In this document: in pieces, positions 1-12,121 of the stretch | Layout: each line of letters starts with the position of its first letter | Numbering within the stretch: position 1 is the first letter of the stretch | Assembly: GCA_002269645.1 (NCBI GenBank) | Contig: NIVC01002953.1 | Span: 1-41,359 of the forward strand | Direction: 5' to 3' | Length of the DNA stretch: 41,359 nt | Source of the DNA: Macrostomum lignano | Taxonomy: Eukaryota | The notes under the pieces: model-generated | Databases searched by the model: none | Seen by the model: only the letters and a program-made list of their open reading frames with translations | Told to the model about the DNA's origin: nothing | Made by a program: the position numbers and the translations under genes

Positions 1-1040
1 GTGAGAAGCTTCTCTTATATCTCCCCTTCTCTCCTCTCCCCTTCTCTCTTCTCCCCTTCTCTTATATCTCCCCTTCTCTCCTCTCCCTTCTCTTCTCCCC
101 TTCTCTCTTCTCCCTTCTCTCCTCTCCCCTTCTCTCTTCTCCCTTCTCTTATATCTCCCCTTCTCTCCTCTCCCCTTCTCTCTTCTCCCCTTCTCTCTTC
201 TCCCCTTCTCTCCTCTCCCCTTCTCTCTTCTCCCCTTCTCTCTCTCCCCTTCTCTCCTCTCCCTTCTCTCTTCTCCCCTTCTCTCCTCTCCCCTTCTCTC
301 CTCTCCCCTTCTCTCTTCTCCCCTTCTCTCCTCTCCCCTTCTCTCCTCTCCCCTTCTCTCTTCTCCCCTTCTCTCCTCTCCCCTTCTCTCTTCTCCCCTT
401 CTCTCCTCTCCCTTCTCTCTTCTCCCCTTCTCTCCTCTCCCCTTCTCTCTTCTCCCCTTCTCTCCTCTCCCCTTCTCTCTTCTCCCCTTCTCTCCTCTCC
501 CCTTCTCTCTCCCCTTCTCTTCTCTCCCCTTCTCTCTTCTCCCCTTCTCTCCTCTCCCCTTCTCTCCTCTCCCCTTCTCTCTTCTCCCCTTCTCTCTTCT
601 CCCCTTCTCTCCTCTCCCCTTCTCTCTTCTCCCTTCTCTCCTCTCCCCTTCCCTCTTCTCCCCTTCTCTCCTCTCCCCTTCCCTCTTCTCCCCTTCTCTC
701 CTCTCCCCTTCTCTCCTCTCCCTTCTCTCTTCTCTTCCCCTCTCCCCCTCTCCTCTCATCTCCTATCTTCTCCTCTCCCTCTTCCCCTTCTCTCCTCTTC
801 TTTCTCCTCTCCCCTTCTCTCCTCTCTCCTTCTCTCTTCTCTTCCCCTCTCCCCCTCTCCTCTCATCTCCTATCTTCTCCTCTCCCTCTTCCCCTTCTCT
901 ACTCTTCTTTCCCGACTCCTCTTCCCTATTCTCCTCGAGTCCTCCCCTCTCGTCTGTTAGCAATGTTAACTTAACTCCCCTCTCCTCACCTTTCTTCTCT
1001 TCTCCTGCCATCTCATCTTTCCTTTTTGACTTCGCATTTT
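1..1040. repeat. Pyrimidine-only low-complexity tandem repeat built from CTCCCCTTCTCT(C/T) variants
   Basis: The + strand is almost only C/T for about 1 kb. The listed 319-aa S/P/L ORF is a by-product of the repeat. Confidence 0.95.
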
Positions 1041-2569
1041 CTCTTTTCCAACACCGAAAGCATGCAGTGGTCAACAGGGGGCAACTTTAATCCAACTGTG
1101 GCCATAGCGTTCCACTCTCTCCTCCTCGGCCTAAGCCAGGGCCTTGGGACGCAAATTACATCGCCCACAGTTAAGACGAGATGAAAACCGCGGGGCGTGC
1201 GGGTGTGAATTGCATTGCGTCACTTGCGGTAGGAAAATTCGATCAAACATTCGTGTACTCATTTTCATTTCATCATGCTTTCTATAATCGCACTACGTAG
1301 CGCTGGGCCGGTGATCCGCTACGAGTATATGCGCATTTAGAGATCTATTTTTATTTACCTTTGTGAAACTGTGAATCGTCATCGCGGAGTCTGGAGTCTG
1401 AATTCGGAACTGTTTATCTGGAACAGAAATGTGCATACACACAAACCTTCCTTCCTGTAGAGGTAATCTGCCTCCATTGTCAGTTGATATCAAGCTAATT
1501 TCGATAACAAGTGAAACTAAGCTTGATTCAGATTTGAGGAGATGAACTCGATGTGCATGTTGTATGCATACCCGCTCAAAGCTTTGAGTATTCTAAACCA
1601 TATTGATTGCCCTGCACTTACATAGACGTCACTTGATCTATGAAATTCTTTTTCAATTGTTGCATAACTCCTGATAGCAGCTGTATGCTCTTGTTCGAAC
1701 TTGTAGGCTTGTTGCGTATGAAATTTTGCAAATAATTTTATCTTGCGCTTCTGAATGCAGATTTGGAATTTGTTATAATCCTATTATAGAGCTGCTTGTA
1801 TACTCAGCTGGGGTAAAAAATCTCTATAATTCTGTACCCGCACACTGCAAGATTACAGAATCCCACACACTGCAGGATTACAGAACCCATTGGAACCCCT
1901 CTAGAGGCCCGAGGCTCGAGGCTCGATCGGTACCTGCTCTAGTGTCGTTAGCAACCCGTTTGGAATCTCTTCTAGGGCTAGCAACTACTGGTACCTTTTC
2001 AAGTGTTCCCCAGGCGTCCTTAGCTACCAAGTCCCTTCCATACAAGTCTAGCCGCGGCCAAAGCCGAAGTGTCAACGAGGACGGCAAGGATTAACGGGAA
2101 GGATTGAGAGCTCAGGCGCTGCACCGCGCAAACGGCTGTGTTGATTTTATAGCGCTGTAAATGCAAGAATTAATTACTGTTTATTGGGGGGGAGGGGGAC
2201 AGTAACGGGAGGGGAGGAGAGAGTTGCGTCGTAAAAAGTGATGCTTCAATATATTGCTTCCTTAATCCAATTTGAGCTTCTGGATTAGTTTTTGGATTTA
2301 ATCTGTGCGAAAATCCCGTTCAGAATTTTTCCTATATACACATCCCCATCGCCTCAGCGCTCCTGCTGATGAAGCTATATATTCCAAAAATTATGATTAT
2401 GTATGCAGCAGCCACGCTATTAATTTCACCCATAGGTTTGCTGCTTTTTCTGATATTGTAAAATATGGGTAGCTTCTAGTGAAATCTCTGTGAATATCCC
2501 TAAATATTCTATCAGAAATTGTTCGGCGTTTAGCCGCGTGGCTGCACTGACTAAACCAGCGGTCAATTA

Positions 2570-3272
2570 CGAGGGGGTTCAATAAATTTCCGGACACGAC
2601 TGGCTACTAGCAGCAAGAACTAAAACCCAGTGCGCTACTTCTCAAAGTAGTCCCCAGCAGCATCGATGCACTTCTGCATCCTCGTAAACCAAGTGACAAA
2701 GCAGCTGCACCACTCGGAATGCGGGATCCCCTCGAGTCGCTCACAGAAGGCCTGCACAGCCTGCTCTGGCGACTCAAATCGAGTTCCTTTCAGCTGCCGC
2801 TTTACCGCAGGGAACACGAAGAAGTCGCACGGTGCGAGGTCAGGGCTGTACGGCGAGTGGCCGAGCTGCTGCACTCGCTGCTGCTGCAGAAACTGCGCCG
2901 ACTGCTGCTGGGACTCAGGGTCGTAGCTGTACACCCAGGTCTCTCACGACCTCAGACACCGAGTTTGAGCTGCCGCCGTTGAACCTGCGCAGCATGGAGC
3001 GGCACCATTCAACCCTCAGTCAGGTGATGGGGGACCCATCGTGAGGACACCTTGCTCAGGCACAACCGCTTGTGCAGCATTGTGGTGACACTTCCCGATG
3101 AGTTACCCAGGACAGTGGCTATTTGCTGTACCGTCACTCGTGAGTCCTCGTCCACCAGCTGCTGCACAGCAGCTGCGTCCGCATCCGACGTGGCAGTCAC
3201 AGTCACAGGACGCCCAGGCCGGGCTGCGTCTTCAAGCGACGCTCGGCCACTGCGAAACTCGGCAAACCTAAC
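2570..3272 (-). mobile_element. Decayed, internally deleted mariner (Tc1/mariner) transposon with one TIR
   Basis: Minus strand across frameshifts reads FAEFRSGRASLEDAARPGRP...SRWVPHHLT...ETWVYSYDPE...HSPYSPDLAPCDFFVF, containing the mariner WVPHEL and YSPDLAP motifs. TA (2568-2569) is followed by the TIR CGAGGGGGTTCAATAAATTTCCGGAC, which resembles irritans/Hsmar2-type ends. The first catalytic Asp (TGDE) and the HDNARPH segment are missing. Confidence 0.92.
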
Positions 3273-3775
3273 GTCATTAGGATTCCAGTTTTCAGGTGTG
3301 TCATTAGGATTCCAGTTTTCAGGTGTGTCATTAGGATTCCAGTTTTCAGGTGTGTCATTTGGATTCCAGTTTTCAGGTGTGTCATTAGGATTCCAGTTTT
3401 CAGGTGTGTCATTAGGATTCCAGTTTTCAGGTGTGTCATTAGGATTCCAGTTTTCAGGTGTGTCATTAGGATTCCAGTTTTCAGGTGTGTCATTAGGATT
3501 CCAGTTTTCAGGTGTTTCATTAGGATTCCAGGTGTGTCATTAGGATTTCAGGTGTACCATTGGGATTCCAGGTGTCATTAGTATTCCAGGTGTGTCATTA
3601 GGATTCCAGGTGTGCGTGCCATTATGATTCCAGGTGTGTCATTAAAAGTTCAGATGTGTCATTAGGATTCCAGGTGTGTTATTCGGATTCCGGTTGTTTC
3701 ATTCGGATTCCGGTTATTTCATTCGGATTCCAAGTGTGTCATTTGAAGTTCAGGCGTGTCATTCGGATTTCAGCT
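3273..3775. repeat. 27-bp minisatellite GTCATTAGGATTCCAGTTTTCAGGTGT, degenerating to shorter units on the right
   Basis: About 9-10 near-perfect 27-mers, then shorter, divergent units. Confidence 0.93.
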
Positions 3776-4924
3776 GCTTTTTAGAGTCCAGTGCAATAGT
3801 ATAAATTTGGGAGGTCTTCTTGTCTTTAGTCTGTAAGTACTCTGTAACGTCGGGGAATTTTAAGGCCTTTTTTAGTTCCCTTGGCTTCAAGGAACTTGAA
3901 AGGAACTTGGAAGGGGATGCAGTTGCTTACAGCTGCACCCCTCAACCCCTCTCTAGCGCTGTGCCAAATCCCAAGGCTTGGCTTCCACTGGCTCCAACCA
4001 AAGGTGATATAAAACCGACAGGGGTCCAAGACCAACACACACACACAACGGGACCCGGGGGCGGAGAATTCCAATAGTCCAGCTTTAGAAGGGTTTTAGA
4101 AGAACTGCCCTTTTTTGGTTGGCTGAATCAGCTCCTAGCCAGTTATACGCCGGCGGGCAGGCCTCCCCAAGCCTAGCTTTAGCAGTCTAGCACTGGGCCA
4201 CTGGTCCGCAAACTCGTCTGTTAATGAGGCGGCAGAGATCAAACGGACTCCGGCGCTTGGGTGGGGGGTAGGGAGAAAGGGGTGGAGAGAGAGAGAGGGG
4301 GAGAGAGTCAAGTCCAGGAAAAGGTGGGCCGGCGGTCAAAAAGCCACGCCACCTCATAATGCCACTGATACTCTCATAGTTTAGAGGGCCGCGCTCCAGT
4401 CTTGCCCTTCCCTCCCCTCCCTCCCCCCCCTCATACCCAGCGCGCGGAGCCAATAGCGTCCGAGCGGCTTCCTTTGATCTTCTGTTCTTGTCCGCTGCCG
4501 CCGCCGCCACCGCCGCTGCCGCCGCCGCCACCGCCGCCCCACCTCCGTCCTGCACCTCCTCCCTCTAATTTCTGACTCCGAAACCCCACACCCCACTCTC
4601 ACAGCGGGGGGGTGTTAAAATAGGTGGTCCCCCGCCCAAGAGCGCAGAACTTGAAGTGGTCTCACTCACTTAATATATAGAAACAGTCAACTCGCTCCGT
4701 GTCGGCGTCTCTGTGTAAAGAAGAAAGACAAGTTAGAGAGAGAGAGAGCGAAAAGGCAGAGAAAACAAACTCAACTACCTGGCCGCTACCTGTTAATATC
4801 CAGTTGGATTGTGGTTTGTGGATCAATTTCTCTTTGCTCCGCAACTCCCCGCCTTGTTGACACTTCTAATTATACAAAGTTTTCCCCCAATTAACAAAAG
4901 CTCTTCATCACTGACTGAAAGCAA

Positions 4925-5720
4925 ATGGCAGCCATGTCTAGCACGTCCTCCTGGAGCCCCATTTCCGGTGCAGGTTTCCTGGCCGCCAATCAGCCGCAGT
5001 ACCAGTTTCCGGCTCAGCCGCATCACCTGCTGTTTTCACAGCACCAGCAGCATCCGTCAGCTGGGCCCTGTCTCTGCAGCCTGTGCGTGCAGCATCCCGG
5101 CGCGCTTCATCAGCTTCCTTTGCAGCAGCAGCACCCACTGCACCCTAGCCAGCATCATCAACAGCAGCAGCCTCATCACAACCAGCAGCATCAGCATCAG
5201 GCTTATAACTTCAGCAACTCAGCAAATATGAGCTCGCTGATGCAGCATCAGTCACAGAATTCAACTCCATCAGCCGCTGCAGCAGCCGCCGCCGCAGCTG
5301 CCGCCGCCGCAGCTGCAGCAGCCGCGAGCAGTAGCCTGGCGGGGCCGCTGACATCCTCGATGCACGCCGCCTGCGCTACAAACTGGTCGGCGGCGGCCGC
5401 GGCGCCGTTGCCGCTGACCTCGTCGGCATCAAGTCTCCAGTCTGCCAACGCCGCCCGCACCCAGCAGCAGTCGTCGGTGGCGGCATCGACAGGCACTTCG
5501 GCTTCTTCAGCAGCCGCGGCCGCGGTAGCCGCTGCCGCCGCCGCGGCTGCCTCCTCGCTGCCCAACCCGGTGGTGACGGGAGACCAGGCCTCCTCCGACG
5601 AGGCCCTGTCGCCGCCGCACCAAGACGATCCGATGGACGACGTGATGGACGTTCGCGAGGCGACCCGGCTGCAGCAGGAGATGATCAAATCGTGGCGGCA
5701 GAAGCGACGGGTCAGCTGTG
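4925..5720 (+). CDS. Cdx: Cdx/caudal ParaHox transcription factor, coding exon 1 (Q/H- and A/S-rich N-terminus)
   Basis: ATG at 4925. The exon ends ...KRRVSC-G at a GTGAGT donor (5721), phase 1, and joins the AG at 9473 to give GAG ATG AAA ACT CGG (EMKTR). Confidence 0.85.
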
Positions 5721-5879
5721 GTGAGTTGCGCTTTTGCTCTGGTGATGAGATGAGAAATGAGCATCGGCGAGTCAGGAGACTAGAGGTAAGAAAGTCGGAG
5801 ACCTAGAGATATGATTTAGGAGACTAGAGATAGTAAAGTTGGAGACTAGATACATGTATTAGATTCGGGAGACTACAGA

Positions 5880-6530
5880 AAGGAAACTAAAGATAGGAGT
5901 CGGGAGACTATAGATAAGAGAGTCAATCGGGAGACTAATATTAATATAGATAGGAGAGTCAATCGGGAGACTAGATATAGATAGGAGAGTCAATCGGGAG
6001 ACTAGATATAGATAGAAGAGTCAATCGGTAGACTAGATATAGATAGGAGAGTCAATCGGGAGACAGGATATAGATAGGAGAGTCAATCAAGAGACTAGAT
6101 ATAGATAGGAGAGTCAATCGGGAGACTAAAGATAGATAGGAGAGTCAATCGGGAGACTAAAGATAGATAGGAGAGTCAATCGGGAGACTAGATATAGATA
6201 GGAGAGTCAATCGGGAGACTAGATATAGATAGGAGAGTCAATCGGGAGACTAGATATAGATAGGAGAGTCAATCGGGAGACTAGATATAGATAGGAGAGT
6301 CAATCGGGAGACTAAAGATAGATAGGAGAGTCAATCGGGAGACTAAAGATAGATAGGAGAGTCAATCGGGAGACTAGATATAGATAGGAGAGTCAATCGG
6401 GAGACTAAAGATAGATAGCAGAGTCAATCGGGAGACTAGATATAGATTGGAGAGTCAATCGGGTGACTAGATTTGGATAGGAGAGTCAATCGGGAGACTA
6501 GATATAGATAGGAGAGTCAGGAGACTAAAG
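5880..6530. repeat. 31-bp minisatellite GAGACTAGATATAGATAGGAGAGTCAATCGG in Cdx intron 1
   Basis: About 19-20 tandem copies with a 31-nt period. Confidence 0.95.
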
Positions 6531-7419
6531 ATCGGTAGCGGATATAGGGGGAGGCGCACAGGGCGTGTCCCCCATCGAGTTTGATTTTGTTCCTAATACG
6601 CATATACATGTATCTTAGTAATAAGCGCCCCGTTCTAAATTTTCTCTATAAAATCGTTGATTTTCGTAATATCAACGAGAAACATTGGCGAGATCATGAT
6701 GATTCCTAGCCAGAGATATAAAGGTAAATCCAAGTCTCAGCAGGACTAAACTAGAAAACCTACGGACCGATTAATCCATTAGATTAACTTTTCCGGCGAA
6801 AAAAAGAAGCTACTTGAGCTTGAGGTCACAGGGAAACACAACACCATGCAGAAAGAATTTATGCAGATTGCGTCTCTAAGGGCATCCACTTATCTTGTCC
6901 TCCCACCAACCAATATCCTTAGGGATATGGGTACCAACTGAACTGATTAATTTATTACCGAACAGAAACTCCGTTTTCGGGTAATAATGCAATAAATATC
7001 CATACATCTAAGGCAAGTAGGTAGCGCGGCAATCATTGATATTGCACCAGCAGCTCTCTTAAAATCCGCCCACCGATCAACCGAGGACAAAGACGAAGTC
7101 GAACTCGGGAGTCAAGTTGATATCTTCTTGACTGGCATTATTAATGTTTTATGACCCTCCTTCGTGTTTGCTGCAGTCGTGCGCCGGCCCATAGCAACAA
7201 ACAATAAGCAGCCTTTAATCTATGAAAGCTATAAATGCTTTATTCACCTGCCATTGCAACTTCTGTGCAACCTCTGCGCGCATGCATCCGTAAGGTAGAA
7301 AAGAGTTTGCATAAAATTAAACAGGGACCGGTGCCCCTGAAACACGGCCGCCACTGCTAGCGCCCCTAAATAGAGATTTTTGGTGGGATCCCTAGGGGGC
7401 CTCTAAAACTAAAAAACAG

Positions 7420-7745
7420 CGATCCCAAAACCATGGATCCCTATAACCATGGATCCCCAAAGCTTGAAATCCAAAAAACCATGAATCTCAAAAACCATGG
7501 ATTCCCAAAAAATCATGGATCCCAAAAACCATGGATCCTCAAAACCCACAATCCAAAACCATGGATCCCAAAAACCATGGATCCTCAAAACCCACAATCC
7601 AAAACCATGGATCCCAAAAACTATGGATCCTCAAAACCCGCAATCCACCAAAACCATGGATCCGCAAAACCAGAAATCCAAAACCATGGATCCATAAAAC
7701 CATCGATCTCTAAAGCCATGGATCCCTTAAACCATGGATTCCAAA
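7420..7745. repeat. Irregular minisatellite built on AAAACCATGGATCC in Cdx intron 1
   Basis: Repeated CCATGGATCC core with variable A/C-rich spacers. Confidence 0.85.
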
Positions 7746-8339
7746 AACCAGAGTGCCATGAGAATCTGTATTTATGGATTCGGCTGTACTCTTGTCACAC
7801 TAACATTCGAGGTCAAATTAATCTTGGCTCCTTAAAGGAGGCGCAACAAAAATAAATAGTTTATAGAGCAATCGAAGCTGTTAGAACATTGGTTTCAAGT
7901 GTGACAACCCAGCCAGTTGTCACACAGATATAGCTGTCTCGTGTCTAAGCATAGATACAGTTTTACAGCGTAATCGCTTCAACATGGCATTCTTTCTATT
8001 GCTTTGTGCAAATACGCGCATCTGTTATACTCGTGGGATTCATAACAGTAGGAATTCAGCAAAATTATGAGCAGTACAACTCTGAATTCACGAAGCAGCA
8101 TTCCTTAAGTATAATGACATGACAATGACAAGTTCTTAGGGATGTTTTCGAGGGGTTCTAACCTCTTTTTCTTCTCTAACCAGGCAGTTTATTTTCTCTG
8201 TCTTTTTACGGTCACATTCTACCGAGCAGCTGCAGTTTAACACCTTTATTGCATTCCATTCCCACCTTCTGCATGGGTTCAATTCAAAATTGCTTTTTAT
8301 TTTTAAATATTGGCTATATAAGTATCTGTGATTTGTTTA

Positions 8340-9405
8340 TATTCACTACTGTCACTCTTATTTCACTGTCAATGCAGTTAATCTCACTCTTTATCTCACT
8401 GTCGCTACAGTTTATCTCACTCTTCTATCTCACTGTCGCTGCAGTTTATCTCACTCTTCTATCTCACTGTCACTGCAGTTTATCTCACTCTATCTCACTG
8501 TCACTGCAGTTTATCTCACTCTATCTCACTGTCACTGCAGTTTATCTCACTCTTCTATCTCACTGTCACTGCAGTTTATCTCACTCTATCTCACTGTCAC
8601 TGCAGTTTATCTCACTGTCGCTGCAGTTTATCTCACTCTATCTCACTGTCACTGCAGTTTATCTCACTCTATCTCACTGTCACTGCAGTTTATCTCACTC
8701 TATCTCACTGTCACTGCAGTTTATCTCACTCTATCTCACTGTCACTGCAGTTTATCTCACTGTCGCTGCAGTTTATCTCACTCTATCTCACTGTCACTGC
8801 AGTTTATCTCACTCTATCTCACTGTCACTGCAGTTTATCTCACTCTTCTATCTCACTGTCGCTGCAGTTTATCTCAATCTTCTATCTCACTGTCACTGCA
8901 GTTTATCTCAATCTTCTATCTCACTGTCACTGCAGTTTATCTCACTCTATTTCACTGTCACTGCAGTTTATCTCACTCTTCTATCTCACTGTCACTGCAG
9001 TTTATCTCACTCTATCTCACTGTCACTGCAGTTTATCTCACTCTATCTCACTGTCACTGCAGTTTATCTCACTGTCGCTGCAGTTTATCTCACTCTATCT
9101 CACTGTCACTGCAGTTTATCTCACTCTATCTCACTGTCACTGCAGTTTATCTCACTCTATCTCACTGTCACTGCAGTTTATCTCACTGTCGCTGCAGTTT
9201 ATCTCACTCTATCTCACTGTCACTGCAGTTTATCTCACTCTATCTCACTGTCACTGCAGTTTATCTCACTCTATCTCACTGTCACTGCAGTTTATCTCAC
9301 TCTTCTATCTCACTGTCGCTTCAGTTTATCTCACTCTTTTATCTCACTGTCGCTGCAGTTTATCTCACTCTATCTCACTGTCGCTGCAGTTTATCTCACT
9401 CTATG
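8340..9405. repeat. 31-bp minisatellite TCTATCTCACTGTCACTGCAGTTTATCTCAC with 21- and 34-bp variants, Cdx intron 1
   Basis: More than 30 tandem units. The 409-aa ORF here is a repeat artefact. Confidence 0.95.
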
Positions 9406-9472
9406 GTTTAATGGTGTTCTGGTAAGAACAATATACTATACGTTTCCTTGTGTTCCTTTGCTCGCCTTTCAG

Positions 9473-9621
9473 AGATGAAAACTCGGACTCAAGACAAATA
9501 CAGGCAGGTGTACAACTCCCAGCAGCGCTTTGAGCTGGAAAAGGAGTATCACTATCAGAAGTACATAACTTCGGCTAGAAAATCAGAATTGTCCGGCATT
9601 CTGCATTTGTCCGAGCGACAG
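9473..9621 (+). CDS. Cdx: Cdx coding exon 2 (homeodomain helices 1-2)
   Basis: TTTCAG acceptor; encodes [49 protein letters not shown], matching the Cdx signature KTRTKDKYRVVY...ELEKEFH; GTGAGT donor at 9622, phase 0. Confidence 0.95.
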
Positions 9622-9679
9622 GTGAGTCTATGCTCATAATTTTATTAGCTTTTGGGATAATAAAGTTTTAGGTTCATGC

Positions 9680-9836
9680 AGTTTCGGGTATTTGTCATGC
9701 AGTTTCGGGTATTTTTCATGCAGTTTCGGGTATTTTTCATGCAGTTTCGGGTGTTTGTCATGCAGTTTCGGGTGTTTGTCATGCAGTTTCGGGTGTTTGT
9801 CATGCAGTTTCGGGTATTTGTCATGCAGTTTCGGGT
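9680..9836. repeat. 21-bp minisatellite GTCATGCAGTTTCGGGT(A/G)TTT in Cdx intron 2
   Basis: About 8 copies. Confidence 0.9.
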
Positions 9837-11009
9837 TCAGAACGCGCCCTAAGTTTAAGCTCTTTAAGCTTGTCTAAGTTTTAATCAAAACAGTTGTGTT
9901 TACTGTGGAAGAAATAAGGCTTGGAAAGTTATCAAGATTTCGTACCTTGATTTTGTGAGCCGATCAAACTGAGCATAGAGTGACTCCTGCAGTGAGCACG
10001 CGGTTTGAGGCTATTGTATACACAATAGTTAGAGATCGCAAATCAAAATAAAATTTTCAACTCTGCATGGTAACAATGCTGACGCAACCCTCAACCTTTC
10101 CTTTCCTCTCCTCTCCCGAACTGAAACTCGAAAGCAGCGATCTGTAACGGGTTGTGACCGGGGGAATTTATTGTCTGTCTTTCACTGTGCATTTCTCGGA
10201 GCTTGACTCGCAAAACTTGACCCCTCCATCCATCCCATCCATTCATTCATTCATCCTCCACGCCTTGGATTTATAAGATCTGGTCAATTGGTATCTAAGC
10301 GGGCTCTATACTATATATTTGCCAGTGTGTCATATATACCTCTATTGTTCTTCTCCATACTGAAATTTATCTAAAAATCTTTGCAAGCGCGGTTATGGTT
10401 GACTAATTTCCCCGCTTGTCTATGTATGCAAACAACTATGCTCATGTTTAGTTATTTAGGCACATTCTATACTCTGACTAGAGTAACTTTTATAAGGCTA
10501 AGATTAGCTGCAGATCTGTCATGGTATATATTATTGTATATAATCCTATTGTTATATTATTGCTAGGGGAGATTGATGACGCAATCTTTTGACTTATTAA
10601 TTTGTAACTGTGCAAATTGGCTATGCATACCCATATAGGAATGGAAAGGGGGCGTGGTCTCACAGTCTGCGCTGCTGTGCTCACATATTCGGAGAATAAT
10701 TATCAGCAGAACAGTTTTTATCAGTTTCAATTATCAAACTTCTGATGCAGTTCTGATGCTTGTTGTTAAGCTGCATTGTTGCCGCGTTGCCCAACTAGAC
10801 TGTCATAAATCATGCTCCTGAAGCAAAGACAGGGTTTGTGTGGGCTTCAAATTCGTGAAGGCATTAAATTTTAAATTTGGTTCGATCATTTCGGAATTCT
10901 GTGCAGAGTATGCACCAAAATGTTCATGAGCTTCTTATTCTGAAAATTTTTGTCCCCGAGATCCCCACTGTCCTGCAATCCTTGAGATCCCGAATCCCAG
11001 CAGTCCCAA

Positions 11010-11627
11010 AACAGATGCCACAGTCCCAAAACATATCCCACAGTCCCAAAACAGATCCCACAGTCCCAATATAGATCCCTCCACAGTCCCAAAACAGATC
11101 CGACAGTTTCAAAACAGATCCCACAGTCCTAAAACAGATCCTATACAGTCCCAAAACAGATCCTATACAGTCCCAAAACAGATCCAACAGTCCTAAAACA
11201 GATCCCACAGTCCCAAAACAGATCCCACAGTTTCAAAACAGATCCTACAGTCCTAAAACAGATCCTATACAGTCCCAAAACAGATCCCACAGTCCCAAAA
11301 CAGATACTACAGTCCCAAAACAGATCCTATACAGTCCCAAAACAGATCCCACAGTCCCAAAAGAGATCCCACAGTCCCAAAACAGATCCCACAGTTTCAA
11401 AACAGATCCCACAGTCCCAAAACAGATCCGACAGTTTCAAAACAGATCCCACAGTCCTAAAACAGATCCTATACAGTCCCAAAACAGATCCCACGGTTTC
11501 AAAACAGATCCCACAGTCCCAAAACAGATCCTATACAGTCCAAAACAGATCCCACAGTCCCAAAACAGTTCCTATACAGTCCCAAAACAGATCCTATACA
11601 GTCCCAAAACAGATCCTACAGTCCCAG
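11010..11627. repeat. 20-22-bp minisatellite ACAGTCCCAAAACAGATCC(C/TAT) in Cdx intron 2
   Basis: About 30 degenerate copies. Confidence 0.9.
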
Positions 11628-12030
11628 CAGATCCCAGGTAGAATTCAAACAGATCCCAGGTAGAATTCAAACAGATCCCAGGTAGAATTCAAACAGATCC
11701 CAGGTAGAATTCAAACAGATCCCAGGTAGAATTCAAACAGATCCCAGGTAGAATTCAAACAGATCCCAGGTAGAATTCAAACAGATCCCAGGTAGAATTC
11801 AAACAGATCCCAGGTAGAATTCAAACAGATCCCAGGTAGAATTCAAACAGATCCCAGGTAGAATTCAAACAGATCCCAGGTAGAATTCAAACAGATCCCA
11901 GGTAGAATTCAAACAGATCCCAGGTAGAATTCAAACAGATCCCAGGTAGAATTCAAACAGATCCCAGGTAGAATTCAAACAGATCCCAGGTAGAATTCAA
12001 ACAGATCCCAGGTAGAATTCAAACAGATCC
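11628..12030. repeat. Perfect 22-bp minisatellite CAGATCCCAGGTAGAATTCAAA
   Basis: About 18 identical copies. The unit shares AACAGATCCCA with the adjacent older array. Confidence 0.95.
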
Positions 12031-12121
12031 CATTCAAGTGTACTAACATTTACTAAAAGGTCAAGTTTCCCTAACCAATAGAGCCATCCACTTTAAATAT
12101 CCCATATCCCATATCCCGCAG

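Noticed and set aside
1-960. 319-aa S/P/L-rich ORF
   Set aside because: It is a translation of the C/T repeat; a strand without purines cannot form stop codons.
2095-2115. GATTGAGAGCTC, resembling a short stretch of 18S rRNA
   Set aside because: Only about 12 nt match and the flanks do not follow rRNA sequence.
4187-4602. Minus-strand poly-Ala/Arg ORFs upstream of Cdx
   Set aside because: They arise from a GCC-rich promoter/5' region. There is no recognisable domain or splice support.
5721-5806. C-terminal part of the listed 293-aa ORF 4925-5806
   Set aside because: It is read-through into intron 1; the GTGAGT donor at 5721 joins exon 2 in phase.
8249-9478. 409-aa hydrophobic repeat ORF
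   Set aside because: It is a translation of the 31-bp intronic minisatellite.
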